Program-made: the position numbers and the translations under genes
The notes under the pieces: model-generated
What the model saw: the letters and a program-made list of their open reading frames with translations, nothing else
Database searches by the model: none
What the model was told of the DNA's origin: nothing
Source: a virus
Length of the DNA: 64,000 nucleotides
Strand: one strand, 5' to 3'
IMG/VR virus record: IMGVR_UViG_3300002498_000005
Location: 36,349 to 100,348 of that record
Shown: positions 30,553 to 40,879 of the stretch, one piece after another
How the letters are laid out: each line of letters opens with the position of its first letter
How positions within the stretch are numbered: position 1 is the stretch's first letter

Positions 30553-31632
30553 ATGGCATTACAACAACCTTTAGTGGTTTATCCAGCTTTAGATGAAACG
30601 GTAGATGCTACTTCTACCGTTTCTTTTGAGGTTACAATACGTGGCACACAATGCGTGAAATACGTTATTTACATATATGACGTAGCTACTAATACACAAC
30701 AGTATTTGGCTACAGAAACATTGGCAGCAACATTATATGACGGGGATACTCTGAATATTAGCGTTGATATGGCGTCATTAGGAGCAGATAGTTATTACTG
30801 GAAAATTCTTTTGTACGACACGCTAAGTACCTATATAACTTCGATTAATTATACCTTTGAGGCTAGTACGCCTCCAACGATAGCATTTACCCCTTCGGTT
30901 CCATCTATTATTACTTTGCCTTTTTATGAGTTTATTGGAGCTTACACACAAGCCGAAGATATAGGGGTAAAATATTTTTATATTAATTTATATGATTATG
31001 CGACTACACAAACACAGATTACGGCAGGAACGGCAGTGCCCATACAAACATCTGGACAAGTATGGTCAAGTAATATTCGATATATATTTAATGGATTAGT
31101 TAGCGGGAATACTTATCAAGTACAAATTACTGGATATACGCAGGGGAATGTAGCTTTTGCTACGGCATTAACAAGTTTTGACGTGTCGTATAGTGTCCCC
31201 TCTTCTTTACTTAACCCCATAGCTACCCTCAACGAAGATTCGAGCGTTTTAGTTAAAACAGGCAATATATATGCTATTACAGGCACCCCAAGTGGCACAA
31301 TGAGTTTTCAAGCTGATTATCTCTATACTGGCAATACGGGGCTTAATATGGCAACATCCGCTTATGTTCAATTTGCTCTTGATTTTACGGCACCATTTAC
31401 TCAACATTGGATATGCAGTCCTAGCGCAGGGTTTACGGGCGTTTTAGGGGAAATAAAAAATACGGCTGGAGAAAATTATTTATATTTAGGGCATGATGGA
31501 ACTAAATTTTATTTAAATATCAACGGAAATTATTTTTATGATTCTTTAGAAGCCCTAACTACCAATCCTTATATTTTGGCAATTATAAACGATGGTATTA
31601 CGATTTCGTTTTACCATAGGGAGGTAGTATAA
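30553..31632 (+). CDS. Tail tip/baseplate protein (FN3-like)
   Basis: After the TMP; FNGLVSGNTYQVQITG. Confidence 0.6.
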   Translation: MALQQPLVVYPALDETVDATSTVSFEVTIRGTQCVKYVIYIYDVATNTQQYLATETLAATLYDGDTLNISVDMASLGADSYYWKILLYDTLSTYITSINYTFEASTPPTIAFTPSVPSIITLPFYEFIGAYTQAEDIGVKYFYINLYDYATTQTQITAGTAVPIQTSGQVWSSNIRYIFNGLVSGNTYQVQITGYTQGNVAFATALTSFDVSYSVPSSLLNPIATLNEDSSVLVKTGNIYAITGTPSGTMSFQADYLYTGNTGLNMATSAYVQFALDFTAPFTQHWICSPSAGFTGVLGEIKNTAGENYLYLGHDGTKFYLNINGNYFYDSLEALTTNPYILAIINDGITISFYHREVV

Positions 31633-32481
31633 ATGGCGATTATTAATATTTCTATAGTTGGTTCTACGATTGTTGCTGGTAGTACTATAGCAACCCTTCC
31701 TGAATATAATATCGTTCAACTTAATGGCGAGGCTATTGTTGACAAATTAAGAGTGGTAGATTATGCAATGACTACAGCAGAACTTGACGCTCTTTCACTC
31801 TCTGATATATATGTTTGGGATGCTAATACTTTGTTATACGCTCAATTTACTAATAATTTTAATGCTGGCAGTATTGATAACGCAACGACCATTGATAGTT
31901 GGGATATTATCAGATATACAAAAGGATCGATTACTCCTACGGTAATTGCAAAAGAATTAGACGGGGCAGAGAATAGTATAGTCGATTATACGGCGGTTAA
32001 ACCAAATAGTTATTATTATACGATTTTCCCGATATCTGATTCAGCGGTTTTAGCTAAACTACAAACAAACCTTATTACTGAGTGTTATGATTATTATGCA
32101 TTTATTGATGACACGACAGGTGAATCATTTACTTTTAAGAGCAATATCGAACCTCAATCAATAACGTTAAATACCCCCGTAATTACATACGAAGGGTTTA
32201 CTCAATATCCCGCTAAAGCTCAAGGGCAATTAAAATACAGCAGTGGTAGCTTTTCTGCTCTTTCGGGCAATGTAAGTAATGGATTATATGAAGATGATAC
32301 GGTAGTTACAATTGAGGCATTAAAAGCTTTTATATCTAATAATCATTCAAAAATTATGAAAGACCGAAAAGGTAACATACGTAGAGTATTTACTGAGAAT
32401 TTAACAAGCAATGGTGACGAAAAGCCTTCTGAAATACCTACTACAATTTCATTTCAATGGACTGAAGTGGGGGCGGTATAA
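31633..32481 (+). CDS. Distal tail protein-like
   Basis: KIMKDRKG...ISFQWTEVG. Confidence 0.6.
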   Translation: MAIINISIVGSTIVAGSTIATLPEYNIVQLNGEAIVDKLRVVDYAMTTAELDALSLSDIYVWDANTLLYAQFTNNFNAGSIDNATTIDSWDIIRYTKGSITPTVIAKELDGAENSIVDYTAVKPNSYYYTIFPISDSAVLAKLQTNLITECYDYYAFIDDTTGESFTFKSNIEPQSITLNTPVITYEGFTQYPAKAQGQLKYSSGSFSALSGNVSNGLYEDDTVVTIEALKAFISNNHSKIMKDRKGNIRRVFTENLTSNGDEKPSEIPTTISFQWTEVGAV

Positions 32482-33632
32482 TGGCAGTTACATTTACCGA
32501 TTATTTACGTTTTATGCAAACAGCGTCTATTTTTGAGCCTATCGCTCGTTTTGAATTTCTGAACCCAGATGAAACAGCATATGCGTCATTCTCAGGAGAA
32601 GTAACAGGTGGTAGTTTATCTATTAATAGAGCAAATGGTGTTCGTCGTTCTTGTAGTATTAATGTAAATAATATTTATGATGCCTTCACTCCAAATGTAT
32701 TAACTTTTTGGATAAATCAAAAATTTAAATTATATTTAGGATATCGGATAAATGGGGAAGATTATTTTATTCCACAGGGTGTTTTTGGTGTAAGCAACCC
32801 TAAAACAACACATATGGTTAGTGAAAAAAGCGCTATGATTTCGGGTGTTGATAAATTTGGGTTTTTAAATGGGCAACTAGGAGGAAGATTTAGTTCTTCA
32901 TATAATGTACCAGTTAGTAGCAACCTTGTCGATGTTTTAAAAGCGACCCTTCTTGAGTCGGCGATTAATGATCCTGTGGTTCCATTTTTATTGATTGATA
33001 ATTCAATCATAACCCCAAATACTATCACGGAAGCTTATGGGCAAACATATGCGGATTTGCTTTTAGATTTGAATGATATTGTTTCATATAATATGTACTA
33101 TAACAATAATGGTAGATTTACTTGTGAGCCAGATATATTGAATAGTGATAAAGATTCTAAATGGGATTTTAACGCTAATAGTAGAATATATCTAGGTATA
33201 GAACAAAACTATGATTTTGATGGTGCTTATAATATAGTTAAAGTTGTAGGGGACAATGTAAACGGCGATTTGGCTACTGGTATTGCTAGAAATGACGATC
33301 CTTCATCTCCATTAAGCACGTTGCGTATCGGAGATAAATTAGCTCCTATTATTACAAGCACGGTTATTGCTACAGACCAACAAGCACAAGATAGAGCAAA
33401 TTATGAGCTTGCAAGATACACAGCTTTATCTATCAATGCTAACATTCAAAGTGTGCCGTTGTTTCATTTAGATGTTGACACAATTGTAACAGTAATGGAT
33501 AGAGACGCCAAGTTAGATGGCGAAAGATTTTTAATTAATAATCTTGACTTTTCTTTTAGCCCAAAAGACCAATCTATGAGTATTTCGGCAACAAAGGCAA
33601 ATGATTTAGATTTTGAGGTTACAAATAGTTAA
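32481..33632 (+). CDS. Baseplate hub/Tal-like protein
   Basis: VRRSCSI, PQGVF, GVDKF, NIVKVVG, SPLSTLRIG, PLFHLDV. Confidence 0.7.
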   Translation: MAVTFTDYLRFMQTASIFEPIARFEFLNPDETAYASFSGEVTGGSLSINRANGVRRSCSINVNNIYDAFTPNVLTFWINQKFKLYLGYRINGEDYFIPQGVFGVSNPKTTHMVSEKSAMISGVDKFGFLNGQLGGRFSSSYNVPVSSNLVDVLKATLLESAINDPVVPFLLIDNSIITPNTITEAYGQTYADLLLDLNDIVSYNMYYNNNGRFTCEPDILNSDKDSKWDFNANSRIYLGIEQNYDFDGAYNIVKVVGDNVNGDLATGIARNDDPSSPLSTLRIGDKLAPIITSTVIATDQQAQDRANYELARYTALSINANIQSVPLFHLDVDTIVTVMDRDAKLDGERFLINNLDFSFSPKDQSMSISATKANDLDFEVTNS

Positions 33633-33635
33633 TGT

Positions 33636-33664
33636 TTGACATTTCCTCTTAAGTATGGTATAAT
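33636..33664 (+). promoter_or_regulatory. Consensus sigma-A promoter inside the tail module
   Basis: TTGACA-17 bp-TATAAT with extended -10 TG. Confidence 0.75.
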
Positions 33665-33699
33665 AAGAATATAATACCAAGAGAGGATGTAATATTAAT

Positions 33700-34695
33700 A
33701 TGTTAAAAACAGTATGTATTATGCTATTTATATCAATATTAAATTTTACTGGCTGTACAAATAACATACTAAAAGGAGATTCAGGAATGGGTTTTAATAT
33801 AAATAATGCTAGAGAAATGGCAAATTTTATTCAACAACAAATTAATTCTGGGATATCACAGGCATCAATAAAGAATTATAGTGCAGTTGTTATTGATAAT
33901 GGATCAGGCGATGCAGTTGTTAAATTGTCTGATGACCCCTATGGGGTGACTGTGACTGTACAAAACCCTAATGAAATTCCACTTGAACCTATGGATCAAG
34001 TATCGATTAAATGTACCAATGGCAATCTTAATAATGCTGTAATTGAATATAGGAAAACAATTAATTTTGATAATATTTATGTTAATTATAATGTTGGCGC
34101 GGATAAATTTGGAAGAGATAGTGTGGGGAATCAATATGGGACAATTGATGCGCCATTTAGGACGATAAGATATGCTATTAATCGGTTGCCCAAAAATTTA
34201 AATAATAGGAGTGTGGTCATAAACATTCAAGAAGTAATGCCAGAAGGAGAAATTTTATTAATACAAGGATTCCACGGGGGGGCAATATCATTTTCTCCAA
34301 CCGCTGGTGTTTTACCGCCCACTACAATTATAGACAGTGTTACCATATTAAATTGTGATGCAAATTTATATTTCGAAGAATTAGAATGGACTGGCAATTT
34401 TGGGGTTACCCATTCAAATTATGTGGCTATATGGAACTGTGTAAGTACATCTGCAACATATAATGGTGTTTTATTCTCAAGGGGGACAACTGGCGAGATT
34501 CAATCGTGTGTTTTTTCAAATAAAACTGTTGCAATTCATTCTGAGATGGGTTCAAGCATTTATTCTGCTTCTAACGGTGGTACTAGCAATTCTATTGGGT
34601 TGCAAGCAACCGAAAACTCTGTTATAGGCAAAGATGGCACCCAACCTGCTGGAACTCTTGCCGAAGATACTACTGGTGGTTCGGTAATTAGATAG
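33700..34695 (+). CDS. Tail spike-like protein (OB-like N-domain plus beta-helix); alternative starts 33700 (lipoprotein signal) and 33787
   Basis: IYVN..G.D..GTIDAPFRTIRYAI beta-helix cap; MLKTVCIMLFISILNFTGC; second AAAAGGAG RBS before ATG 33787. Confidence 0.65.
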   Translation: MLKTVCIMLFISILNFTGCTNNILKGDSGMGFNINNAREMANFIQQQINSGISQASIKNYSAVVIDNGSGDAVVKLSDDPYGVTVTVQNPNEIPLEPMDQVSIKCTNGNLNNAVIEYRKTINFDNIYVNYNVGADKFGRDSVGNQYGTIDAPFRTIRYAINRLPKNLNNRSVVINIQEVMPEGEILLIQGFHGGAISFSPTAGVLPPTTIIDSVTILNCDANLYFEELEWTGNFGVTHSNYVAIWNCVSTSATYNGVLFSRGTTGEIQSCVFSNKTVAIHSEMGSSIYSASNGGTSNSIGLQATENSVIGKDGTQPAGTLAEDTTGGSVIR

Positions 34696-34706
34696 GAGAA
34701 TCAAAA

Positions 34707-34922
34707 ATGTATAAAGTAACACACACGTTTACATGTAAAGTTTGCAATAAAGAATTCCAACAGACATATCAAAGCGCGACCATCCAAAATCCTGTTGCGA
34801 CTATTCCCGCTGGTTGGTCGCAGTTGCCAGACGGGTATATTTGTAATGATCATATTATAACAATAACTGATAAGCAAGGAACAATAGATTCCGAGTCTAT
34901 AGAAATAGATAAAATAAGTTAA
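34707..34922 (+). CDS. Small Zn-binding protein
   Basis: CKVC...PAGW...CNDH. Confidence 0.55.
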   Translation: MYKVTHTFTCKVCNKEFQQTYQSATIQNPVATIPAGWSQLPDGYICNDHIITITDKQGTIDSESIEIDKIS

Positions 34923-34959
34923 TAAAACTGCTATTTTAATTCATATGGAATAGCCTAAT

Positions 34960-34993
34960 TGAGAGGGGTAATTTTTTGCCTCTCTTTTATTTA
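34960..34993 (+). terminator. Intrinsic terminator
   Basis: GAGAGGGGTA/TGCCTCTC stem then T run. Confidence 0.5.
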
Positions 34994-35089
34994 TGCTTTT
35001 ATTACGTTTGCAAGCGGGATAAAAGCTTGTTAAAGAGGGCGTAGCCAGTACCTATGCCTTTTCTTTTTGTACTGGGAGGAGAAAAATTT

Positions 35090-36340
35090 ATGAGTAAAAA
35101 ATTAATAAAAAATTTTTATGATTGGTGTATAGAAAATAATAGATATGATCTAATAGAAAGATGGGATAATAAATGTAGTCCAAAAGAAGTTGGTTTTACA
35201 TCAAGCAAAGTGTTTGCTTTTAAGTGCCCAAAAAATTTACATAAAAGTGAATTACATAAAATAAGCTATATTACACATGATAATATTCTTCTTAAGTGTA
35301 ATCGATGTAATTCTTTTGAAACGTGGTGTATTGATAATAATAGACAAGACATATTGGATAGGTGGGATTATGATAAAAATGCTTTCCCCCCAAGTGAAAT
35401 TTCTTATGCCCCAAAGAAAAAATATTATTTAAAGTGTGAAAATAGGATTCACGAAAGTAAACTGTGTTCAATAGACTCGTTGACTGCTGGAAATAGGAAA
35501 AATTTCAATTGTATAATATGTGGTTCGCTTGCTCAGTGGGGGATTAATAATATGGGTGAAGATTTTTTAGAAAAATATTGGGATTATGAAAAAAATAAAA
35601 ATGTTGACCCTTGGGCAATCTTAAAAGGTAGCTATAAAAAAGTTTGGATTTATTGCCAAAATAAAATTCATGGTTCATATCTAATAAGTTGTAATCATTT
35701 TACTAGCGGTAGAAGATGCCCTTTTTGTTCGGGTAAAAAGGCATATTATTTAGAATCTCTTGGTTATTTATTCCCTAATGTAATAGAAATTTGGTCTACT
35801 AAAAACAATCAATCTCCGTTCAATTATTTACCTAGTAGTCATACCATTGTTTGGTGGGAATGTAAGCACCATGGAGAATACCAACGTAGCATTAACGTAT
35901 CAAAATTTTGTAATTTCCGTTGTCCCGAATGTTCTAGAGAGCGTTACGAGTCGTTTCTTCAAGAAAAAGTTTGTGCATACATAGTCGAAAATTATAACTA
36001 TAAATTAAATCATGAGCGAAACTGTACTATTATACCAAGAAATCCAAGGCATAAAGGGAATAATAGCACTATGCCATTTGATAATGAAATAGAAGAATTA
36101 AAATTGATTATTGAGGTGCATGGAGAACAACATTATTTAGCAAAATCTTATACTGGTATTTGGGCTGATAAAACAATGTCGCCCGAAGAACAGCTTCATA
36201 AACGTAAGATTTATGACCGCTATAAAAAAAATGTAGCAATTTCTAATGGCTATGCATATTTAGTAATACCATATTGGACAGAGAAAAATGAATCTTATAA
36301 AAAACTTATTGATGAAAAAATTCGTTCATTGTTAAGATAG
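35090..36340 (+). CDS. Zn-ribbon-repeat homing endonuclease
   Basis: Repeated WDY.KN..P..C..H..C..C; PFDNE..IIEVHGEQHY..VIPYW. Confidence 0.8.
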   Translation: MSKKLIKNFYDWCIENNRYDLIERWDNKCSPKEVGFTSSKVFAFKCPKNLHKSELHKISYITHDNILLKCNRCNSFETWCIDNNRQDILDRWDYDKNAFPPSEISYAPKKKYYLKCENRIHESKLCSIDSLTAGNRKNFNCIICGSLAQWGINNMGEDFLEKYWDYEKNKNVDPWAILKGSYKKVWIYCQNKIHGSYLISCNHFTSGRRCPFCSGKKAYYLESLGYLFPNVIEIWSTKNNQSPFNYLPSSHTIVWWECKHHGEYQRSINVSKFCNFRCPECSRERYESFLQEKVCAYIVENYNYKLNHERNCTIIPRNPRHKGNNSTMPFDNEIEELKLIIEVHGEQHYLAKSYTGIWADKTMSPEEQLHKRKIYDRYKKNVAISNGYAYLVIPYWTEKNESYKKLIDEKIRSLLR

Positions 36341-36421
36341 TAGAAACGACTGAATAAAATAAAGATTTTATTCACATGGATAAGGTAGTATTTAAGAGAT
36401 AATAGGGGAATAACGGAGATT

Positions 36422-36450
36422 GAGAGAGGTGAATCACCTCTCTTTTTATT
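36422..36450 (+). terminator. Intrinsic terminator
   Basis: GAGAGAGGTGA-A-TCACCTCTCT-TTTT. Confidence 0.7.
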
Positions 36451-36475
36451 ATACAAAAAAATACGAGGTGGTTAA

Positions 36476-37783
36476 ATGGCTATTCCAACAAAAGCTAATC
36501 TAATAAAAATTTATTCTGACGAAGCTCGCAAAATTAGAGAATTGACAGAACAATTTTATGGTGGAGCGTATCATGCTCGCACAACAAGCGGGAATGTATC
36601 GTGGACTAGCGATTCAAGTTTAGTGACGTATGATACAAGCGCATCTGCTGATATACATATATTAAACCAAGGTGAGGACGGGCTTCTTTATTTACTGAAT
36701 ACTACGTTTGTCAATAATATTATTGATGTAGATTATTTAAATGCGGTAAATGGAGCCATTACTGAATCTTCGCTAATATATGGGGTAGATGCAGAAGTTT
36801 CAGATAATTATGTAATTGATTTACCAATAGCTCCAACAAGCTATGTAGATGGTATGATGATTAATTTTAAGGCGAACACAGCTAATACAGGGGCATGTAG
36901 CTTGAATATAAATGCTTTAGGCGCTAAGACGATTAAGGATATTGCTGGGAATGATTTAATAACTGGAGCAATTCTTGCCGAGCAACTAGTGACTGTAATA
37001 TACAGTGGTACTTATTTTATTATGACATCAGATAGTAAAATGATAAACGCTCCTATTATTACTGCTCCTATAATCCGTAATTGGAACGGGTGGGAAGACG
37101 CTAATGAAACATGGACATACGCAAGTGCTGATAGCCCAACATTCACGTTTACTGTCACGGGAGATTTAACGAGTAAATATTCAGTTGGTATGCGTATTAG
37201 ACTTACGCAAACAACGGCTAAATATTTTATAATAACTGCTATTAGTTATTCATCACCAGACACAACAGTAACTGTATATGGTGGTACAGATTATACGCTT
37301 ACAAGTGCAACAATAACAAATAATTATTATTCAAATGTGAAAGCTCCTTATGGATTTCCGCTTGATCCAGTAAGATGGACAAATATTACAAAAATTACAT
37401 CCGATATTTCGCAAGTGCCGCCTACTCAAAATACTTGGTATAACATTGGTACAGTAACACATACAGTACCTATTGGCGCATGGGAATTAGGTTTTGAATG
37501 TTTGTGTAACCCGTACGATGTCGGCGGTTCATTTGTGGAACAAGAGATAGCGTTGTCAACCTCAAATAATAGCGTCAGTGATGATGAATTTAAATGCAGA
37601 AGTCAATTCCCTGGGGCGTCCGCAGATTTTATGTTTAAAAAACTAAAAACAGTTACGATCACAAGTACAACAGATTACTATTTAATAGACAGAACTACAG
37701 TAGCTAACCAAGACGGTATACGTCATTTATGTGCAACATACGGGGTACCTATTTTAATTAAATCTGTGTGTGCTTACTTATAA
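36476..37783 (+). CDS. Tail fibre / receptor-binding protein 1
   Basis: Y..GMMINFKANTANTGACSLNINALGAKTI fibre motif. Confidence 0.75.
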   Translation: MAIPTKANLIKIYSDEARKIRELTEQFYGGAYHARTTSGNVSWTSDSSLVTYDTSASADIHILNQGEDGLLYLLNTTFVNNIIDVDYLNAVNGAITESSLIYGVDAEVSDNYVIDLPIAPTSYVDGMMINFKANTANTGACSLNINALGAKTIKDIAGNDLITGAILAEQLVTVIYSGTYFIMTSDSKMINAPIITAPIIRNWNGWEDANETWTYASADSPTFTFTVTGDLTSKYSVGMRIRLTQTTAKYFIITAISYSSPDTTVTVYGGTDYTLTSATITNNYYSNVKAPYGFPLDPVRWTNITKITSDISQVPPTQNTWYNIGTVTHTVPIGAWELGFECLCNPYDVGGSFVEQEIALSTSNNSVSDDEFKCRSQFPGASADFMFKKLKTVTITSTTDYYLIDRTTVANQDGIRHLCATYGVPILIKSVCAYL

Positions 37784-38263
37784 TAGGGGGATAAATAATG
37801 TGTAAGGGAGTGATTAAATGAGTATACCATCAAAAGCAAATGCAATAAAAACATATGGCGACGAGATGAAGGAAATAAGGGAGCTAACAGAATTAGGCTC
37901 CTTAAGGACTACTAGCGGTAATACTTCATATACAAGCGCAACATCATTTGATACCTATGATACTAGCGCAAGTAGTGACCCAAATATCCTAAATCGTGGT
38001 GAAGACGGTTTGCTATATCTTCTAAATTCTACATTTAATGAAAATATAATTGATGTGACTTATTTAAACGAAGTAAATAAAGCCGTAGTAGAATCTTCAC
38101 TAATATACGGTGCGGACGTAGGAAGCTCTGATTCTTATGCTATCAGCCTACCCATAGCTCCTACTGCTTATACGAGTGGTATGATGATTAATTTTAAGGC
38201 GAACACAGCTAATACAGGGGCATGTAGCTTGAATGTAAATGCTTTAAGCGCTAAGACGATTAA
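36850..38263 (+). repeat. 87-bp near-identical direct repeat shared by both fibre genes (36850-36936, 38177-38263)
   Basis: 85/87 identical. Confidence 0.9.
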
Positions 38264-39347
38264 AGATGCGAGTGGGAACGATTTATTTACTGGAGCGATT
38301 ATTGGCGGGCAAATTGTTAATGTAATATACGATGGGACAAATTTTATCATGGTATCGGCGCCAACAATGGCTAATTTGGCTCTTAACCAAAACATGTCCC
38401 AGAACGGCTTTATAAATGGCGACTTTCAAGTGTGGCAAATGGGTACAAGTATAGTTCCTGCGGCGGCTAATAAATACTATACGGCTGATATGTGGCAGAT
38501 TAATAGATATGCTAGTACTACTGGGCTGGTGTGTTCGCAAGTTGCTTATGAGTCTAGTGTAGCTAAAAATGCGCTACGAGTGCAACGAACAGCAGGAGAT
38601 ACAGCTCTAAACGCATTTTTTATTAATTATTTCTTTCCTGCGTCTGATAGCCCTAAATATATAGGTAAAAAAGTTACAGTATCATTTAGTGTAAGAATAG
38701 GCGCAAATACAGCAGGGGTTTTTAAAGCTAGGATATTAAGTAAAACTGGTGCGGAAAGTGGCAATGCTGGTGATTTTACAACAATAAAGGAATTAATTTA
38801 CACACCAACAACAACGGAACAAATAATAGTATTAACTAGCGATGTTGTGGCATCAACTATAACGCAAATGGGTTGTCAATTCACCTATACCCCATCAACA
38901 GCTACAGCAGGAGCAAACGACTATATAGAAATAACAAACTGCAATTGGAGCGCTACAGATTTTTATGTGCCGTTTTCCCCTAAAAGCTTTGCTGATGAAC
39001 TGCAAGATTGTATGACTTATTATGAAAAGAGTTACGCTTATGCAACAGCACCAGCAACAAATACCACTACAGGAGCTGTATATTATAGTACTAGTAGTAA
39101 TGCTTCTAACAACGTTCGTATTTATATTCCATATAAGGTAAAAAAACGCACAACTCCAACTAATAAATTTTATTTAGCAGCAGGAACGGCAGATTTATGG
39201 AATTATGAACGTAATGGCGCTACTGGTACAGCGGCTATAACAGACGATCATTCAAACGACAATGCAATTGTTGGTTATATTGGAATAGGTGCGGCATGGA
39301 TTGTAGGCTTAATATATGGGCATTGGGTAGCAGATGCAAGAATATAG
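37818..39347 (+). CDS. Tail fibre / receptor-binding protein 2
   Basis: N-half paralogous to fibre 1; NGFINGDFQVWQ..YTADMW...DELQDCMTYYEKSY..ADARI C-terminal module. Confidence 0.8.
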   Translation: MSIPSKANAIKTYGDEMKEIRELTELGSLRTTSGNTSYTSATSFDTYDTSASSDPNILNRGEDGLLYLLNSTFNENIIDVTYLNEVNKAVVESSLIYGADVGSSDSYAISLPIAPTAYTSGMMINFKANTANTGACSLNVNALSAKTIKDASGNDLFTGAIIGGQIVNVIYDGTNFIMVSAPTMANLALNQNMSQNGFINGDFQVWQMGTSIVPAAANKYYTADMWQINRYASTTGLVCSQVAYESSVAKNALRVQRTAGDTALNAFFINYFFPASDSPKYIGKKVTVSFSVRIGANTAGVFKARILSKTGAESGNAGDFTTIKELIYTPTTTEQIIVLTSDVVASTITQMGCQFTYTPSTATAGANDYIEITNCNWSATDFYVPFSPKSFADELQDCMTYYEKSYAYATAPATNTTTGAVYYSTSSNASNNVRIYIPYKVKKRTTPTNKFYLAAGTADLWNYERNGATGTAAITDDHSNDNAIVGYIGIGAAWIVGLIYGHWVADARI

Positions 39348-39357
39348 GAGGAAAACA

Positions 39358-40440
39358 ATGAATAGTTACAAAATAATGATTGATGCGGGTCACGGCGGCA
39401 AAGATAACGGTGCTAGTAATACTGTAGCTACTGAAAAAGTATTAAACTTAAAAGTCGCTAATTATCTAAAAGAAATGTTAGAGTTTAACGATTTTACCGT
39501 TGGTATGACGAGAACATCTGATGTCTTTGTTGAGCTTTCGCAAAGGTCTGCAATGGCGAATAATTTTAATGCTAATTTTATGGTGGCAATCCACCATAAT
39601 GCTGGAAGAGGTATTGGGTATGAAGTAATTCACTCTATCATAGGTGGCGAAGGGTTAAAACTTGCACAAGAAATATGCGGACAGTTTAAAAATATAAGTC
39701 AAGTACAACATAGAGGTGCATATTCTAGACAGGGTAAAAATGGTGATTATTATGCAGTAATAAGAGCTAGTAAAATGCCAACGGTTATTACAGAATTTGC
39801 CTTTATGGATAGTGATGACTTTCATAATATAAATAGTGATGACAAGCTTAAAAATGAAGCTATCGCAATAGGGAAAGCCATATGTAATGTATTGGGCATA
39901 ACACCTAGAGAAACCGTATTAAAAGGTCAATTGTATAGGGTTAGGATAGCCCTAAACGATGCTAAATCACAAATCGGTGCTTATACTGTTCTCCAAAATG
40001 CCATTGATAAATGCAATAAAGTAAACGGTTATAAAGTATTTAATGAAGCTGGAGAAGTAGTATATCAAAAAGTGGTTACTCCTGCTCCTGCACCTATTCC
40101 TGTGTCAGTTCCACAACCCGTTCAGCCAGTAGCAAAACCAAAATATGATTTTGCAACATTGCAAAATTTAGTAGGTACAACTCCAGATAATATTGCTGGA
40201 GCTAAAACCTTAGAGGCTTGTGCTAAATTTATACTAAAGAAAAAACTTATTAACCCTAAGAATGAAATTGTTAGATGGATACAAAACAGACTAAATTATC
40301 TAGGCTATAATTGCGGTACGGCTGATGGTATCTTCGGTAAAAATACAGACACGGCAGTTAAAAAATTCCAAAGCGCTAATGGGTTAACAGCCGATAGTAT
40401 AGTTGGATTTAATACGTGGAAAAAATTACTAGGACTATAA
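39358..40440 (+). CDS. Endolysin: Amidase_3 with peptidoglycan-binding domain
   Basis: IDAGHGGKD, EK, IHHNA, ITEFAFMD; C-terminal ADGIFG..FQ. Confidence 0.92.
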   Translation: MNSYKIMIDAGHGGKDNGASNTVATEKVLNLKVANYLKEMLEFNDFTVGMTRTSDVFVELSQRSAMANNFNANFMVAIHHNAGRGIGYEVIHSIIGGEGLKLAQEICGQFKNISQVQHRGAYSRQGKNGDYYAVIRASKMPTVITEFAFMDSDDFHNINSDDKLKNEAIAIGKAICNVLGITPRETVLKGQLYRVRIALNDAKSQIGAYTVLQNAIDKCNKVNGYKVFNEAGEVVYQKVVTPAPAPIPVSVPQPVQPVAKPKYDFATLQNLVGTTPDNIAGAKTLEACAKFILKKKLINPKNEIVRWIQNRLNYLGYNCGTADGIFGKNTDTAVKKFQSANGLTADSIVGFNTWKKLLGL

Positions 40441-40471
40441 AATAAAATAGAAATAAAAGGGGGATTTTAAC

Positions 40472-40879
40472 ATGGATATATGGGCACAAATACAACCGAT
40501 TTTAGTATCAACATTGATTGGTATAATGATTGTTGCGATAGGATACGTAGGGGATAAAGCTAAAAAACTTATACCACTTGTTTTTGAGTGGCTGGGAACT
40601 AAAATAAATATGGATAAAGCCATTAAAGTTTGGTGGAAGGTAGATGAATTTTTCAGACTGCACCCTGAACTTATAACAGCAGTCACGGATAAAATAGAAG
40701 CTAAAAGGGATATGTTCGCAACGGAACTCCGAAAGAAAATACCTTTTATAACTGATGAACAAATAGAAGATTTAAGAGAAGCTATAGCAGGAGAAATAAA
40801 CGAAGGTAAAGAAGTTGTACAAACAGAAGTTACAAAGTATGAGGTAACACCCACAACTGAAGAAACCCCAGCCCAATAA
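40472..40879 (+). CDS. Holin
   Basis: Single N-terminal TM, charged C-terminus, follows the endolysin. Confidence 0.65.
   Translation: MDIWAQIQPILVSTLIGIMIVAIGYVGDKAKKLIPLVFEWLGTKINMDKAIKVWWKVDEFFRLHPELITAVTDKIEAKRDMFATELRKKIPFITDEQIEDLREAIAGEINEGKEVVQTEVTKYEVTPTTEETPAQ

Noticed and set aside
36850-38263. Diversity-generating retroelement TR/VR pair
   Set aside because: No reverse transcriptase in the window, both copies are mid-gene, and the two mismatches have A in opposite copies.
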